Assembly: GCF_009914755.1 (NCBI RefSeq)
Contig: NC_060932.1
DNA length: 64,000 nucleotides
Origin: the human T2T-CHM13v2.0 reference genome, Homo sapiens
Reading direction: 5' to 3' (one strand)
The translations under genes and the position numbers were made by a program. This document shows, piece after piece, positions 1 to 15,431 of this stretch; the first letter of the stretch is position 1, and every line of letters starts with the position of its first letter. The notes below the pieces were generated by a model. It ran no database searches and was not told the DNA's origin. It saw only the letters and a list, made by a program, of their open reading frames with translations.

Positions 1-2526
1 TTCTTTTTTATAATTGTAAGAGATAGTATGAATAGAATAGGTAGTTAATACTATATATAGTCAGAATTAATGTATATAAGTATTAAAAACAAAAATCCAG
101 AATCACCTAGCACAGTGATAGCTAAGGTCACTGGGGGAGGACAGGCACTTAACTGCTCAGCTCCCATCCCCCTGACTACATCAGAAGGCTGACTCAGCTC
201 TGCCACGCGGCTGTACTGACACCAGCAGGCCCCATCCAACTCAGGCTCTGCCCCTGCACCCAAAGCTGAGAGCCGCTTGTGCGACCCCTTGGTTGGTTGC
301 ACTGGGCTGTGTCTGGGGCCAAGGCTTCCCAGCGTCTGCTGTCCACCTTCATGTAGGGGTTCATACACGCAGCAAAGGATTGCACCAAAGCTGGTTCTTG
401 CCAACTCGAATGGTACCCGCTCTTTACCAACGTCAAACTAACAACTGACGCCAACACCGATCCCACGCATGGCTTCAAAGCATGGTTCCTGAAGAGGTTT
501 CCCTGCTTCTTCTGTGGTTTTGCTGATGATACAATTACTAATTGTGCTACTTTCGGCTTAGCGCTACTGCGCCAAACTGATCTAAGAGAGGCAAACCCTA
601 GAGACCACAGGGAGAGAGAAACAATCTGGGATACATATTTTAAAAATGAGTGAACGCTTTTGCTATCAGGCCCTATTTTTACCATTCATGCTGAGCAGGG
701 CCCGAAAGAGAAGTCAAGAAGGGCTACTTGATGGGCTCCTTCTAGGACCACGCCAGGCTCCCAGCAGGGTCACATGGGGTCCCAGATGGTGTCAGGACCA
801 CCACCAAAAGGGTGAACCTGAGGTCGGGGGCAAGACTTCTCACCCTGTGCTTCGACTTAAGATAATATCACCTGCCCTTTGCACCTTTGCCGTCACACCT
901 GCCTCTACCACTGATGTGGCCTGGGATACAGCCAGAAAACTCTGAAATCACCTCCCAGTCATGAGAAACTGGCAGGGGAAGCAGGAGAGAAACGCATCAC
1001 CCAGGGGAAGTGGTGGGGAGACAGGGTAACACGTCACGGAGGAGGAAGAAGAGAGAAGGAATCTGGGAAAACAGGGGAAGCTGTTCACAGTAGGTGAGAG
1101 GGGGAGCAGAATGGGGACAGGATCTTACTGAAGTATTCCAGCAGTTTGGTGATTTAGCAGAGAATCAGATGAGCACAAGGATTTACTTTTAAGGCCTGCA
1201 TGTGAAAAAAGTAAACTGACAGTTAACTGTGTTACACAGCTCCAAATTGTACTAAGTATATAAAATCCAGTTTCGTGGATAAAAAACAATTCAATACAAA
1301 GATTCAGCACAGGACAGCGCCTGAATCAATGCACACCCAAGGCAAACGGTTTTTCTCCTAAAAACTCAAGACTGGCTTCTACACAACAACATTTTTGACA
1401 AAAATACTTTCTATTAAATTGTCTTTCTGGTACGGATCTCGAATTGTTTCCAAACAATTATGGCTACGTCAGGCAGTAAGACATGGCCGTCATTTCCCCC
1501 TGCGGATGGACATACTGGGGCACAGCCTCAGTGGCTCGTGTTCACTCAGCCAAAAGTAGCTGCCAGGAACCCGCGCAAGGAGCTCTGGGTCTCCGTTCTC
1601 GGTTTTAGCCACTAAAAGGCGCAAATGTCAAGCGCCTTTCATTTGCGGAGCAGCTAAGATACGATGAATAGTGATTTAGCTCTAACCTCAAGCATCTTTA
1701 CAATTCTATTCCAAATTCCCAAAAGATTAGACGAATATTCAAGCCATTTAGGGAGAAATACATAGAACTTTTTATACGAGCTCAGTCTCCATTGTTATTG
1801 CCTTGTTGTACTTCTTGTTTTTCACATCTAACACTCATGACTAAGGATCTATAAACAAATAAAACTTATATGGGACCAATAAGGCTTTAGTCTATATCAG
1901 TTTCCTTATATCATGACCCATCATCTCCCTACAATCTTCCTTCTTATTGACTCAATGCAGATTCTTTGTCTTCATTATATAAATAATCCATGCTTATCGT
2001 AAAAATATCAGCAGTACCTACAAAATTGTATGATGTACAAATATGAACCTTCCTCATCATCCTCCCCTCTTCAACTTACTTCCCAGGGAGACAGTAAGAA
2101 CTATTTGGTGTGTATGTTTCCAGGCATTTTCTAGGTAGGCACAGACACCATGTCGAACATTTATTTTTCTTTTTTCCTTTTATTAAACAGAAGCAGAATC
2201 CCACTATATACTATTCTATGCTTTTGTTTGTCACATAACAATATGCTGCGGATATCTTCTCATAGTAAACATTCACACTTATGTGTGCACACACATGCAC
2301 ACACACAGAGATTACCTCCTTTGTAGAACTGCTCTAATATCTTGCCTTATAAATTGAGCTTTGTCTTTTGCTCTAGATCAATATATTCAAAGCATTAGAG
2401 GAGCTACCTATGTAATAGGAATTCTGAAACAACTTAGTTGAGAAAATAAAATAAAAAATGTGATTTCCTAATTTGCTCTATAAGTAAAAAATATATATAT
2501 ATATTTTTTGCACATGGTACCAAGTA

Positions 2527-3132
<606 letters not shown>

Positions 3133-3443
3133 TGGTACCAACTTTTTCAAACCAGGGTACATTTGTAATAATTTTGAAAATGAGGTGAATTTAAATGACC
3201 CTGTTTTGAATCCAGCTCTTGGTGATAACTGGAGACTCTTCTCACCCCAGGGCTTCCCCAATCCAAGACTAGGAATCACTGTAACGGCAATTTCTGGCTT
3301 CTCCACAGCCTGCACTTCACAATCACAGCATGGAAGAAAGAGGCCTTCTGAGTGCAGGGCTCCTTCTCACAAAGCCAACTGGCAGCCTGAGAGGTTTCTG
3401 ATGTCCTGGTTTCCTAGAAACTGGATCAGAAGCAGCTGCAACT

Positions 3444-5048
3444 GGAGGAGGAACAGGGGGAGGAGGAAGAGGTGGAAGAAGAGAAGGAGGAGGAAGATGA
3501 GAAGGAAGAGGAGAAACCAGAGGAGGGGGATGAGGAGGAGAAAGGGGGCAAAGGAGGAGGAGAAACAGGAAGAAGAGGAGGAGGACAGGGAAGAGAAGAG
3601 ATGGAGGAGGAGGAAGAGATAAGGAGGAGGAGGAAGAGATGGAGAAGGAGGAAGAGATGGAGGAGGAGGAAGAGATGGAAGAGGAAGAGATGAAGAGGAG
3701 GAGGAGGAAGAGATAGAGGAGAAGGAGTAGGAAGAGATGTAAGAGGAGGAGGAAAAGATGGAGGAGGAAGAGGAAGAGATAAAGAGGAGGAGGAAGAGAT
3801 GGAGTAGGAGAAGGAAGAGATGAGGAGGAGGAGAAGGAAGAGATGAAAGAGGAGGAAAAGATGGAGGAGGAAGAGGAAGAGATGAAGAGGAAGAGGAAGA
3901 GATGGAGGAGGAGGAGGAAGAGATGAAGAGGAGGAGGAGGAAGAGATGAAGAGGAAGAGGAGGAAGAGATAGAGGGGGAGGAAGAGATGAAGAGGAGGGG
4001 GAGGAAGAGATGAAGAGGAGGAGGAGGAAGAGATGAAAGAGGAGGAGGAAAAGATGGAGGAGGAGGAGGAAAAGATGGAGGAGGAAGAGGAAGAGATGAA
4101 GAGGAGGAGGAAGAGATGGAGGAGGAGAAGGAAGAGATGAGGAGGAGAAGGAAGAGATGAAAGAGGAGGAAAAGATGGAGGAGGAAGAGGAAGAGATGAA
4201 GAGGAAGAGGAAGAGATGGAGGAGGAGGAGGAAGAGATGAAGAGGAGGAGGAGGAAGAGATGAAGAGGAGGAGGAGGAAGAGATGAAGAGGAGGAGGAGG
4301 AAGAGATGAAGAGGAGGAGGAGGAAGAGATGAAGAGGAAGAGGAGGAAGAGAGGGGGAGGAAGAGATGAAGAGGAGGGGGAGGAAGAGATGAAGAGGAGG
4401 AGGAAGAGATGAAAGAGGAGGAGGAAAAGATGGAGGAGGAAGAGGAAGAGATGAAGAGGAGGAGGAAGAGATGGAGGAGGAGGAGGAAGAGATAGGAGGA
4501 GGAGGAAGAGATGGAGGAGGAGGAGGAAGAGATGGAAGAGGAGGAGGAAGAAATGAAGTGGAGGAGGAAGAGATAGAGGAGGAAGAGATGGAACAGGAAG
4601 AGATGGAGGAGGTGGAGGAAGAGATGGAGGAGAAGAAAGAGATAGGAGGAGGAAGAAATGGAGGAAGAGGAGGAAGAGATAAAGAGGAGAAGGAGGAAGA
4701 GATGGAGGAGGAGGAGGAAGAGATGAAGAAGAAGAGGAGGAAGAGATGAAGAGGAGGAGGAGGAAGAGATGGAGAAGGAGGAAGGGATGAAGAGGAGGAG
4801 TAGGAAGAGATGAAGAGGAGGAGGAAGAGATAAAGAGGAGGAGGAAGAAGAGATAAAGAGGAGGAGCAGGAAGAGATGGAGGAGCGGGAAGAGGAAGAGA
4901 TGAAGAAGAGGAGGATGAGGAGGAAGAGATGAAGAGGGGGAGGACGAGGAGGAAGAGATAAAGAGGAGGAGACAGAGATGGAAGAGCAGAAGGAGGAAAA
5001 GATGGAGGAGGGGAGGAAGAGATGAAGAGGAGGAGGAGGGGGAGGAGG
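3444..5048 (+). repeat. ~1.6 kb purine-rich low-complexity tandem repeat (GGAAGAGAT-G/A-AAGA-(GGA)n units)
   Basis: Almost exclusively G/A with a periodic T in GAGAT; units of about 18-23 nt. Confidence 0.95.
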
Positions 5049-5258
5049 CCGCAGGAGGCCGCAGAGGCAGGGGCAGGCATGTCTCAGGTACAGACATGCT
5101 CTGGGAAAGTCAGGAACCAGGCCTGGTTAAGTTGGGAATTCCTTTGCTGGTGGAAACGAGTGAGCAAAGGTTGGGTTAGGGTTAGAACTTTTGGGAGTAC
5201 CCATTACATTAGAACGGTAATGAGGAAGCCACGTTTCTGGTAAGAGACGTGCCTAGAG

Positions 5259-5420
5259 CAGTGGTTCTCAAACTGTAACATGCTTCCAAATCACTGAGGC
5301 TCCCCTATTAAACCACAGGTCACTGGGCTGCATTCTGTGGGTCCAGGGCTGGGCCTCGGAATCTGCATCTTGACAAGTTCCTGCATGCTATTGCTGGCCA
5401 GGGACCACACATTGCCTTAG
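5259..5420. mobile_element. MER5A-like hAT DNA transposon remnant
   Basis: CAGTGGTTCTCAAACT terminus and GAATCTGCATCTTGACAAGTTCC internal motif. Confidence 0.7.
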
Positions 5421-6101
5421 AAGGTGCCTACCAGAGGCTTAACTGGGTGACCTGCTTCGACTGTTCAAAGGGGCATGCCATGAACTTTAGCATTCACTGT
5501 TTAAACACTGAACAAAAACCAGGCCCCACACAACTGAAGACTTTTTCATTAAAAATGAAGCTTAGGCTTGTATCCAACCCAAGTAAGCATTTTATTTCCT
5601 AAAGTTATTTTTTAGTCCTTGCAAGTCATTTTTTTAAGAACAAAAATGCAAAGACAATTTTTTAAAAGTGCGAACTTAGTCTTTGAAGTGTAAGAATGAC
5701 TTTTGAGAAAAGTCATGTCAAATGTAAAGTAACACAAATCAAACTAAGCCTAAGAAATAATCAACTTCACAATAATTAAGAGTAGAGAAGCAGAGGAAAT
5801 CAAAACAAAACACCAAAAACACGAACTAGGACACCACGGCTATTAATGACACAGCTGGACTCGCAGAGATACCCCATATGAGGAAACAGTATGTAATGAA
5901 AGTCTACATTGAAGGACAAAATACCTTCAAGGCTTACATAAAAATAAGATTTTGACTCACTCACTGGACATTCTAGAAACATTCCCCTGGAATCAAAATA
6001 TTAGCAAAGTCCTTTTTTGACTCATCGGAGGAACAAAATGGTGGGACCTTCAGAGCCATGACCTTCTCCTCTAGGCAAGCCCCTTGAGAAACTTCAAGTA
6101 A

Positions 6102-6676
<575 letters not shown>

Positions 6677-6931
6677 TGAAGCATTGATTATGTGCCGGGC
6701 ACTGTGCCAGGTACCCCACCTTCATTATCTCAGGGACTATAGTGTCCCTCGAACGGAGATGCTACTCCTGGCCTTACTTTATAATCAGGAATAAGACTTT
6801 GGGAGGGGAGGTGATGTCACATTCCTGACAGAACAGCCACCCAACTACAGAACCTAACGCTAACTTCAGGACTGGGAATAAATACTGGTTGTGCTTCGAG
6901 GGAATAATGAACTTCAAGATCCTTACACAGA

Positions 6932-7180
6932 TTTTTTTTTTTTTTTGAGACAGGGCCTCGCTTTGTCATCTGGTTGAGTGCAGGGCCACGATCATAGTTC
7001 ACGACAGCCTTTACTCCCTTATACAGATTTTACAATTATTATTATTATTATTGTTATTTTGGTAGAGATGGGGTCTTGCTATGTTGCCAAGGCTGGTCTT
7101 GAACACCTGGCTTCAAGTGATGCTCCTCCTCAGCCTTCTTAAGTGCTGGGATGACAGGTGTTAACCACCATGACCAGCCC
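6932..7180 (-). mobile_element. Degenerate AluJ-type element
   Basis: Poly-T plus diverged, internally deleted Alu sequence. Confidence 0.8.
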
Positions 7181-7253
7181 AGATTTTTTATATTCCTAAT
7201 TAGGAGGTGGCTGCTTCTTCACACTAACTAGTATATTAAATATGTACAAAAAT

Positions 7254-7534
7254 AGCTGGGCGCGGTGGCTCACACCTATAATCCCAGCACTTTGGGAGGC
7301 CGAGGTGGGCGGATCACCTCAGGTCAGGGGTTTGAGACTAGCTTGGCTAACATGGTGAAACCCTGTCTCTACTAAAAATTAAAAATTAGCCAGGTGTGGT
7401 GGCGTGCGTCTTGTAGTCCCAGCCGCTTGGGAGGCTGAGGCAGGAGAATCCCTAAACCCAGGAGATGGAGCTTGCAGTGAGCTGAGATCACACTACTGCA
7501 CTCTAGCCTAGGAGACAGAGCAAGACTCCGTCTA

Positions 7535-7552
<18 letters not shown>
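7254..7552 (+). mobile_element. AluS-type element
   Basis: Full dimeric Alu with A tail. Confidence 0.93.

Positions 7553-7602
<50 letters not shown>
7553..7602. repeat. Compound (TA)n(GA)n microsatellite grown from an Alu tail
   Basis: A-run, then TATATA, then GAGAGA. Confidence 0.95.
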
Positions 7603-7605
<3 letters not shown>

Positions 7606-7688
7606 TGCGCATGCACTCCAGGTTCCCAAATATACCAGAAGACATTTTAAAGAGAGTTAAGAGAAGAGAAATAATTTGTTAAGGTTGA

Positions 7689-7970
7689 GGCTGGGCGCGG
7701 TGGCTCACGCCTGTAATCCCAGCACTTTGGGAGGCTGAGGCGGGCAGATCATGAGGTCAGGAGATAGAGACCATCCTGGCTAACACGGTGAAACCCCATC
7801 TCTACTAAAAATACAAAAAATTAGCCGGGTGTGGTGGTGGGCCCCTGTAGTCCCAACTACTCAGGAGGCTGAGGCAGGAGAATGGCATGAACCCAGGAGG
7901 TGGAGCTTGCAGTGAGCCGAGATTGCTGGAGCCTAGGTGACAGAATGACACTCCGTCTCAAAAAAAAAAA
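7689..7970 (+). mobile_element. AluY/Sc-type element
   Basis: ACCATCCTGGCTAACACGG diagnostic; 16-bp TSD AATTTGTTAAGGTTGA. Confidence 0.93.
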
Positions 7971-8099
7971 AATTTGTTAAGGTTGATGCAATTTTTATTA
8001 TCATTAACTGCTATATTACATACCAGGTATTATATGTAGTGTTTTAAACTACCTCCCACATCTGTATAATGTCACAACTAAGACCCCAGGGCTCAGGAC

Positions 8100-8270
8100 T
8101 GGAGGCATGGTTCAAATTCTGGTTCTGCATCCTATTAGTTACAGGACCTTGGGTATTCAGCATTGCCCTGCCTCAGTTTCCCACCTGTAAAATGAGGTTA
8201 TTTGTATTGCCAATTACCAAGAGTAGTTGGGAGGACTAGAAGGATTAATCCACATAAAGCTCAGTTCAAT
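8100..8270 (+). mobile_element. MIR remnant
   Basis: GGTTCAAATTCTGGTTCTGC...CCTCAGTTTCCCACCTGTAAAATGAGG core. Confidence 0.7.
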
Positions 8271-8762
8271 ACAGTTACATTATTTATTTCTCACAACAAC
8301 CCTATGAAGTATTTATATTAGTATTTATATTATTCTTAGAGTCTCATTCATCACACAGTTTAATTTTCCCTAGGATAATTTACTCTCCCAGTAAGATGAT
8401 ATTTTTAGCGAATGTGCCAACTGCAGCCAAAAGATGGGGGAAAGAAGAGATGGAAAAAAAAGGCCATGTATAGAAAAAGTCAGACTTTTATTAAAAATCG
8501 TAATTGTCTTCTGACAGTTGGAAGAAGAACCAGGAAGCAAGAAGAATAGAGGGTAGAAAAAATAAAATGCAGAAACGAAAAAACCCCATCCATATTGATG
8601 CCAATTCCCATGTTCAGGACTTGGCACCACAGAAGGCGTCCTCAGCTTTCACTGGCTCAGTCTCTTAAGTCAGCAACCTGGGAGGCGTCTGGTGATTGCA
8701 GGAGGCTTTGCTTTCTGTTCAGCTAACTTGAACTCTAAAAGCCCATATAAAATAAGAACAAA

Positions 8763-9127
<365 letters not shown>

Positions 9128-9222
9128 TTACCTGGCATTATGAGATGTTTGAGGGATTCACATGCTAGGTGGTGCGCTTAACTCCATGGTTTGGAACTGA
9201 TTTTTCTCTGTCACTCACTTAA

Positions 9223-9537
<315 letters not shown>

Positions 9538-9793
9538 TCACTTAAAAAAAATTTATCCTGGGGCACATACTTCAAAAAGCTGTGACAAACACACTTCCTG
9601 GTCCATGAATTATATAACCTAAAGGGGCAGCAGGCTGCTGTTACCTGTGACTGGGATTTCACCTTCCTCCCACTCTCCTCATCAATCTAACTTTGCTTCC
9701 TGCTTTCCTAGAACCTAAAGCAGCTCTGGCACTCCCCTTTCCTTCATCCGCAAATCACCCAAAGTCTGGAAGCCCCACAGTGAGTATTTAAAC

Positions 9794-10093
9794 TTTTTTT
9801 TTTTTTTTGAGACAAAGTCTCGCTGTGTCACCCAGGCTGGAGGGCAGTGGCGCAAGCTTGGCTCACTGCAACCTCCACCTCCTGGGTTCAGGTTCAAGCA
9901 ATTATCCTGCCTCAGCCTCCTGAGTAGCTGGGACTACAGGCGCGCACCATCACGCCCAGCTAATTTTTGTATTTTTAGTAGAGACGGGGTTTCACCAGGT
10001 TGGCCAGGATGGTCTTGATCTCTTGACCTTGTGATCCACCCACCTCGGCCTCCCAAAGTGTTGGGATTACAGGCATGAGCCACTGCGCCCGGC
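9794..10093 (-). mobile_element. AluSc-type element
   Basis: Reverse Alu; TSD TGAGTATTTAA. Confidence 0.92.
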
Positions 10094-10651
10094 TGAGTAT
10101 TTAAGCCTTTAAGATCAATGTTCTGAACACTACACAGATACCACAGTAAAAGGTTATATAATGTTAGAATCATTTAGGAATACTTTATTCCCAGTACTGA
10201 AACATATAAAATATAATTAGATATTCTTAATAAAATCTGAGGAACATTACATTGAGAACTCCTAGTTTGAGAAAGTAATAAGGATTTCCACTATTTTGGA
10301 AGAGGGCGCTTTTCGATTATGATAGGACATGTCATTTAGCAGAAATTTCATCTTTAAAACACAGAGAGGGAGCCTTTTCTGTCAACATGGCCAATAACCA
10401 AATCTTCATCCATAACAGACATTAAGAAGATGAAAACCAGCACAAACTAACACATCTGTTGATGTCACAGATCCCACAGTCTGGCTGTAGGAGGCGCATC
10501 TCACAAACAGAAGAGGAATATTCTCTAGCAAACATGTACAGAAATGTTTAACAGAATGCTACTAGCTCATCAGTGCTGAAATGGGTGCAAACAAGAATAC
10601 CATACATAAGCTTATTCATTTTCCTATTCAAGGTCTAAAAGAAAAGAATTA

Positions 10652-11570
<919 letters not shown>

Positions 11571-12025
11571 ATAAAAAATAACAACAAAATCCATGAGAAT
11601 GACAAGGAAAGGAGTAATTCAGCAAAGAAAATCATCATTGGCTTCGGTATCTAAAAAAACAAAGCATGGCTTCTAGTCTCTGGATAAACTGGTCTGATAT
11701 TTCCAGGGGTCTGTACTCTGTGCTGTGAACGGCTTTAGAGCTCCGCTGGGCATTGCTGATGTGTGGACTGTCCCGCTCACTGGGTGCCAGGCATGGCCCC
11801 AGGTGCTCCACACCCTCTCCTGACCCCTGCACAACCCTGTAGGCCTGTGGGATTAGATCAGGTTCTGAGGCTCAGAGAGGCTAAGCTATAGTGGCAACAC
11901 AGCTGCGTAAATGGCAGAGTGGGGATTTAATTTTTTTTTCTAACTTGAAAGTCTGTTGCCTTTGTACTCTACATATCTCTTGGGTATTTAATTAAGACAA
12001 GTAAATGCATTTACCACTCTTTTTA

Positions 12026-12137
12026 CTATTCTATAATGACCATGAGTAACGCATTTTACTATCAGCCAACAACTCCAGCACCTATTCCATAATGACCATG
12101 AGTAATGCTTTTTACTGTCAGCCAACAATACCAGCAC
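12026..12137. repeat. 56-bp tandem duplication, two copies
   Basis: CTATTC(T/C)ATAATGACCATGAGTAA...CAGCCAACAA..CCAGCAC at 12026 and 12082. Confidence 0.9.
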
Positions 12138-12205
12138 CAAATAAACTGATACTGTTAGAATACAATGCACTTTGCCCCTGGAGTATGCTTCCAAGGGATC
12201 CTTAC

Positions 12206-12302
12206 CTGGTGCTCCTGTGTACATGATGGAAAAGACATTGATTGCTATGGTAGCAGCATAGAATACTGGGAGTGCCCGGAGGCCATTGGGAACAGGGTCT
12301 TC
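12206..12302 (-). CDS. SLC20A2: SLC20A2 coding exon c.517-613 ([32 protein letters not shown])
   Basis: Acceptor TGTCTTCCTACAG|GAA, donor CAG|GTAAGG. 97 nt, phase 0-1. Peptide is visible inside ORF 11988..12407. Confidence 0.97.
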
Positions 12303-13764
12303 CTGTAGGAAGACAAGGAGACAGAGTGGAAGGTCAGGATCCCAGCAGCATTTGGAGCCAACACAGACAAAATGATACAAAATACTGTTACAAGAAACTC
12401 TTCCCAAACCCCAGTGTGGCCAAAAGGATGGGCGTTGTCACTGCCTGTGATCTGCTCCACTTCTGCAGAAATGGCATTGGCTGGGGCCATCTCTCCCACA
12501 CAAATGCAATGTCAAAGAGCCCACTGTTGTGGCCAGCAGACACATTAAAGCCCTGGAATCACATGAGCTGATGTCAGACTTGGAAACAGAAAAGATCTGT
12601 TGGGTCAAGCCGGTTCCGGAGGACCAAAGCCCAGAGCTCAGCATCTCCTTCCTCAAAACCCATAGTGCTCACTACAGCCAAGTCCAGGTTTGGCCCTAAC
12701 TGGCTACATTCAACAAATAATTTGAGATTCCAACCTCCAAGCATCCTCTAAGAGAGTCAGATGACTTCAGCATCACTGCATTACCATGAGATTTTACAAC
12801 ACTCTATTACACAATGCATCTTAGCTATGTTACCATGTGCTATGAATTTCCGAATCTTTTCCCAAGGTATAGTATTTAACCTTCGACTATTAGAAGTTAA
12901 AAAGAACTGCAGTTCCTTGTTGAATAATTTATTTGCCATTCGACATTTATTAACTACTTTAGGCTTCTGCTACAACACTCCCTAAATCTAGTAAGTTCAA
13001 CACGAATGGTACTGCGCATGTTTTCAGTTAAATAACATCTAAGAGAATATGAGGCATTTAGAGTTTTTAGCAGATCTACAGAGAATTTTGAAGTAAAAAT
13101 ACGGGCCAGAAACTCCCATCAATGTAACACTGGCACACAGATGTGGCTCAAATAATTCAAAAAGGGGCTAACTTCTAATAACCACGAAGGCCACATTTAC
13201 ATGAACATGCTACCTGCCATGATAAAAGGAAAATTAGGTCTAAAAATCGATGACAGCAGCAGAAGTATGGATAAGCATCTCAAAGACTGCTACTGCCAAA
13301 TGCAAACACGCCTGGAAGTCAAGTATGTTTGCAGAACAGTACAGCCCATCAAGGAGCTGTTCTGGAATGTCTCAAGGAGCCAAGAGCACTTGTCAAGAGG
13401 CTCGAGTTGAATGCAGTGAGGCGTGATGCAGCAAGAGCAGGGCAGAATGAGACTCAAGTGTGGGAGTGTCACACCAGACCAGGCAGGGGAGGCAGCCATG
13501 TGGCAAACACCAAGATTAATGGGCTGGAGCCTGGCATGAGTGACACAGCCAGCTATGATCATCTGTGATGTATCACGTGAAAAGAACCCAGGATGAACTG
13601 AAAACAAAATGCTGGGAGGCTCAATGACTATGACCTATGCCGTTTCCATGGCATTGTTTTCTTAGGGACATTGCTAAAGAGAGATTCCCAACCAATAACT
13701 TCTGCAGGTGGACAGCCCCGAGTCTGTGTTTTCAATTAAATTACCGTATGTTTTTTCAAATATC

Positions 13765-14017
13765 TTTTTTTTTTTTTTTTAGACAGAGTCCCACTCTGTT
13801 GCCCAGGCTGGAGTGCAGTGGTGCAATCTTGGCTCACTGCAACCTCTGCCTCCAAGTTCAAGCGATTCTCATGCTTCCGCCTCCCAAGTAGCTGTGACTA
13901 CAGGCATGCACCACCATGCCGGGCTAACTTTTTGTATTTTTAGTAGAGATGGGGTTTCGCTATGTTTGCCAGGCTGGTCTTGAACTCCTGACCTCAAGTG
14001 ATCCACCGCGCCTGGCC
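13765..14017 (-). mobile_element. AluS-type element with a deletion in its left arm
   Basis: GTGATCCACC is joined directly to GCGCCTGGCC. Confidence 0.9.
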
Positions 14018-14129
14018 TAAAATAACTTAGTCTTGAAACTCATTGACAGACTTCTTGTTTGACCTGTCTCCTTTCTTCCCTCCACTTTCTTTCTCTCTCT
14101 CCCTCCCTCCTTTCCATCTATCCATCCCT

Positions 14130-14600
14130 CTATCTGCCACTCATCCAAGCATCTGTCATTCCCTCTGCCTAAATATTTACCAAGTGTCTTGTAAGTGCTA
14201 AGCACAGTGCTGGGCCCTAGAATACAGAAGTGGCCAGGGCAGTCATGGTTTCTGCTCTCACAGATCTTACAGTCAAATAGTGAACAGGCAACTAAGCAAG
14301 AAATGCAGCACCATATGACATGCTAAGTGCCGTGATGGCAAGGTGGACTGTGGCCGGAGCTCAAAAGAGAGGGGACCAGGCGAATCTGGGGGAGGGGAGG
14401 AGAGGAGCAGCTTCCTAGGAAGTGACACCTAAGGGCGGAGTAGGGCTTGCCAGGTGAGCATGGATTCCAGAGACAGGAGGGGAGGGGTGAAGGCTGGCAG
14501 GCTAGAGAGGGGTGTGCCTTCCAATATGTGAATATGAGTGTTCCTGGTCCCAGGAGAAGGAAGGGTGAGAAACGGTGAGGGCAAGTTGGTGCTCTCCGAG
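14130..14600 (-). mobile_element. L2 LINE 3' remnant
   Basis: AAATATTTACCAAGTGTC...GCACAGTGCTGGGCCCTAG...CTGCTCTCACAGATCTTACAGTC. Confidence 0.65.
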
Positions 14601-15290
14601 AGAATGGACCCTTCAACAGATGGCCAAGCAAGGCTGCAAGAAAAGGGCTGCGCCAGCTTCCAAGCAAGGTACAACCTGGAGGGTACGTCCCTGCCTGCAG
14701 AGGAAGCATGCACTCAATAGTTATCAAACACTGCAGCAACCCTGTGACTGCCAAACAAAAGAAGATAGCCACGTTTTGTGTCTAGAACACTGATCTCAGT
14801 AAGCACTAATTTTTTTTTAGACAAGATGTACCCAATAGGTGTATTTCCTTCTTTTTATCCTTTCCTCAAATTGCGTCAGTGTTTCAACCTTGCTCTCTCC
14901 ATTAAAAAAAAAAAAGGGAACACACCTTCACATTTGGGTGAGGAAATTCTCCAGCTGTTTTTTAATGACAGTTTCAAAATCTTAACACTATCTCATTCTA
15001 TTCTGCTTAACATTCAGGAAATAATTACCTTTCCTTTTTGAGGTCTCAGCACAACTCCTGGGAGTGTTGATTAATGAACTAAAGTACAGAGCCAAGAAAC
15101 ACTATTTGCAGTGCTTGTTTCTGGGGGACTCTCTGGGTAATTTACCTTGGCTCTTTCTGGCTATTTATAATAACATCTGACGCTAACTGCAGGGTGCTGT
15201 GCCTTGACAATGTATGAATACAATTATTCCTCTAACCCCTCTCATTATTAATTTCTACTGAGTAGAGCCAAAAATAGTTCTTAAGATTTA

Positions 15291-15431
<141 letters not shown>

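Noticed and set aside
194-945. 163-aa, 117-aa and 99-aa ORFs at the window start
   Set aside because: No recognisable domain, and they do not match the PiT-2 continuation (VLGLVLPMWAIAL), which must lie left of the window.
3323-5097. 585-aa and 576-aa minus-strand ORFs (S/L/P/F-rich)
   Set aside because: They are open only because the pyrimidine strand of the repeat has almost no TAA/TAG/TGA. Two frames open at once and pure low complexity indicate an artefact.
12026-12137. Direct repeats as a possible CRISPR-like array
   Set aside because: Only two adjacent copies, no spacers, primate intron context.
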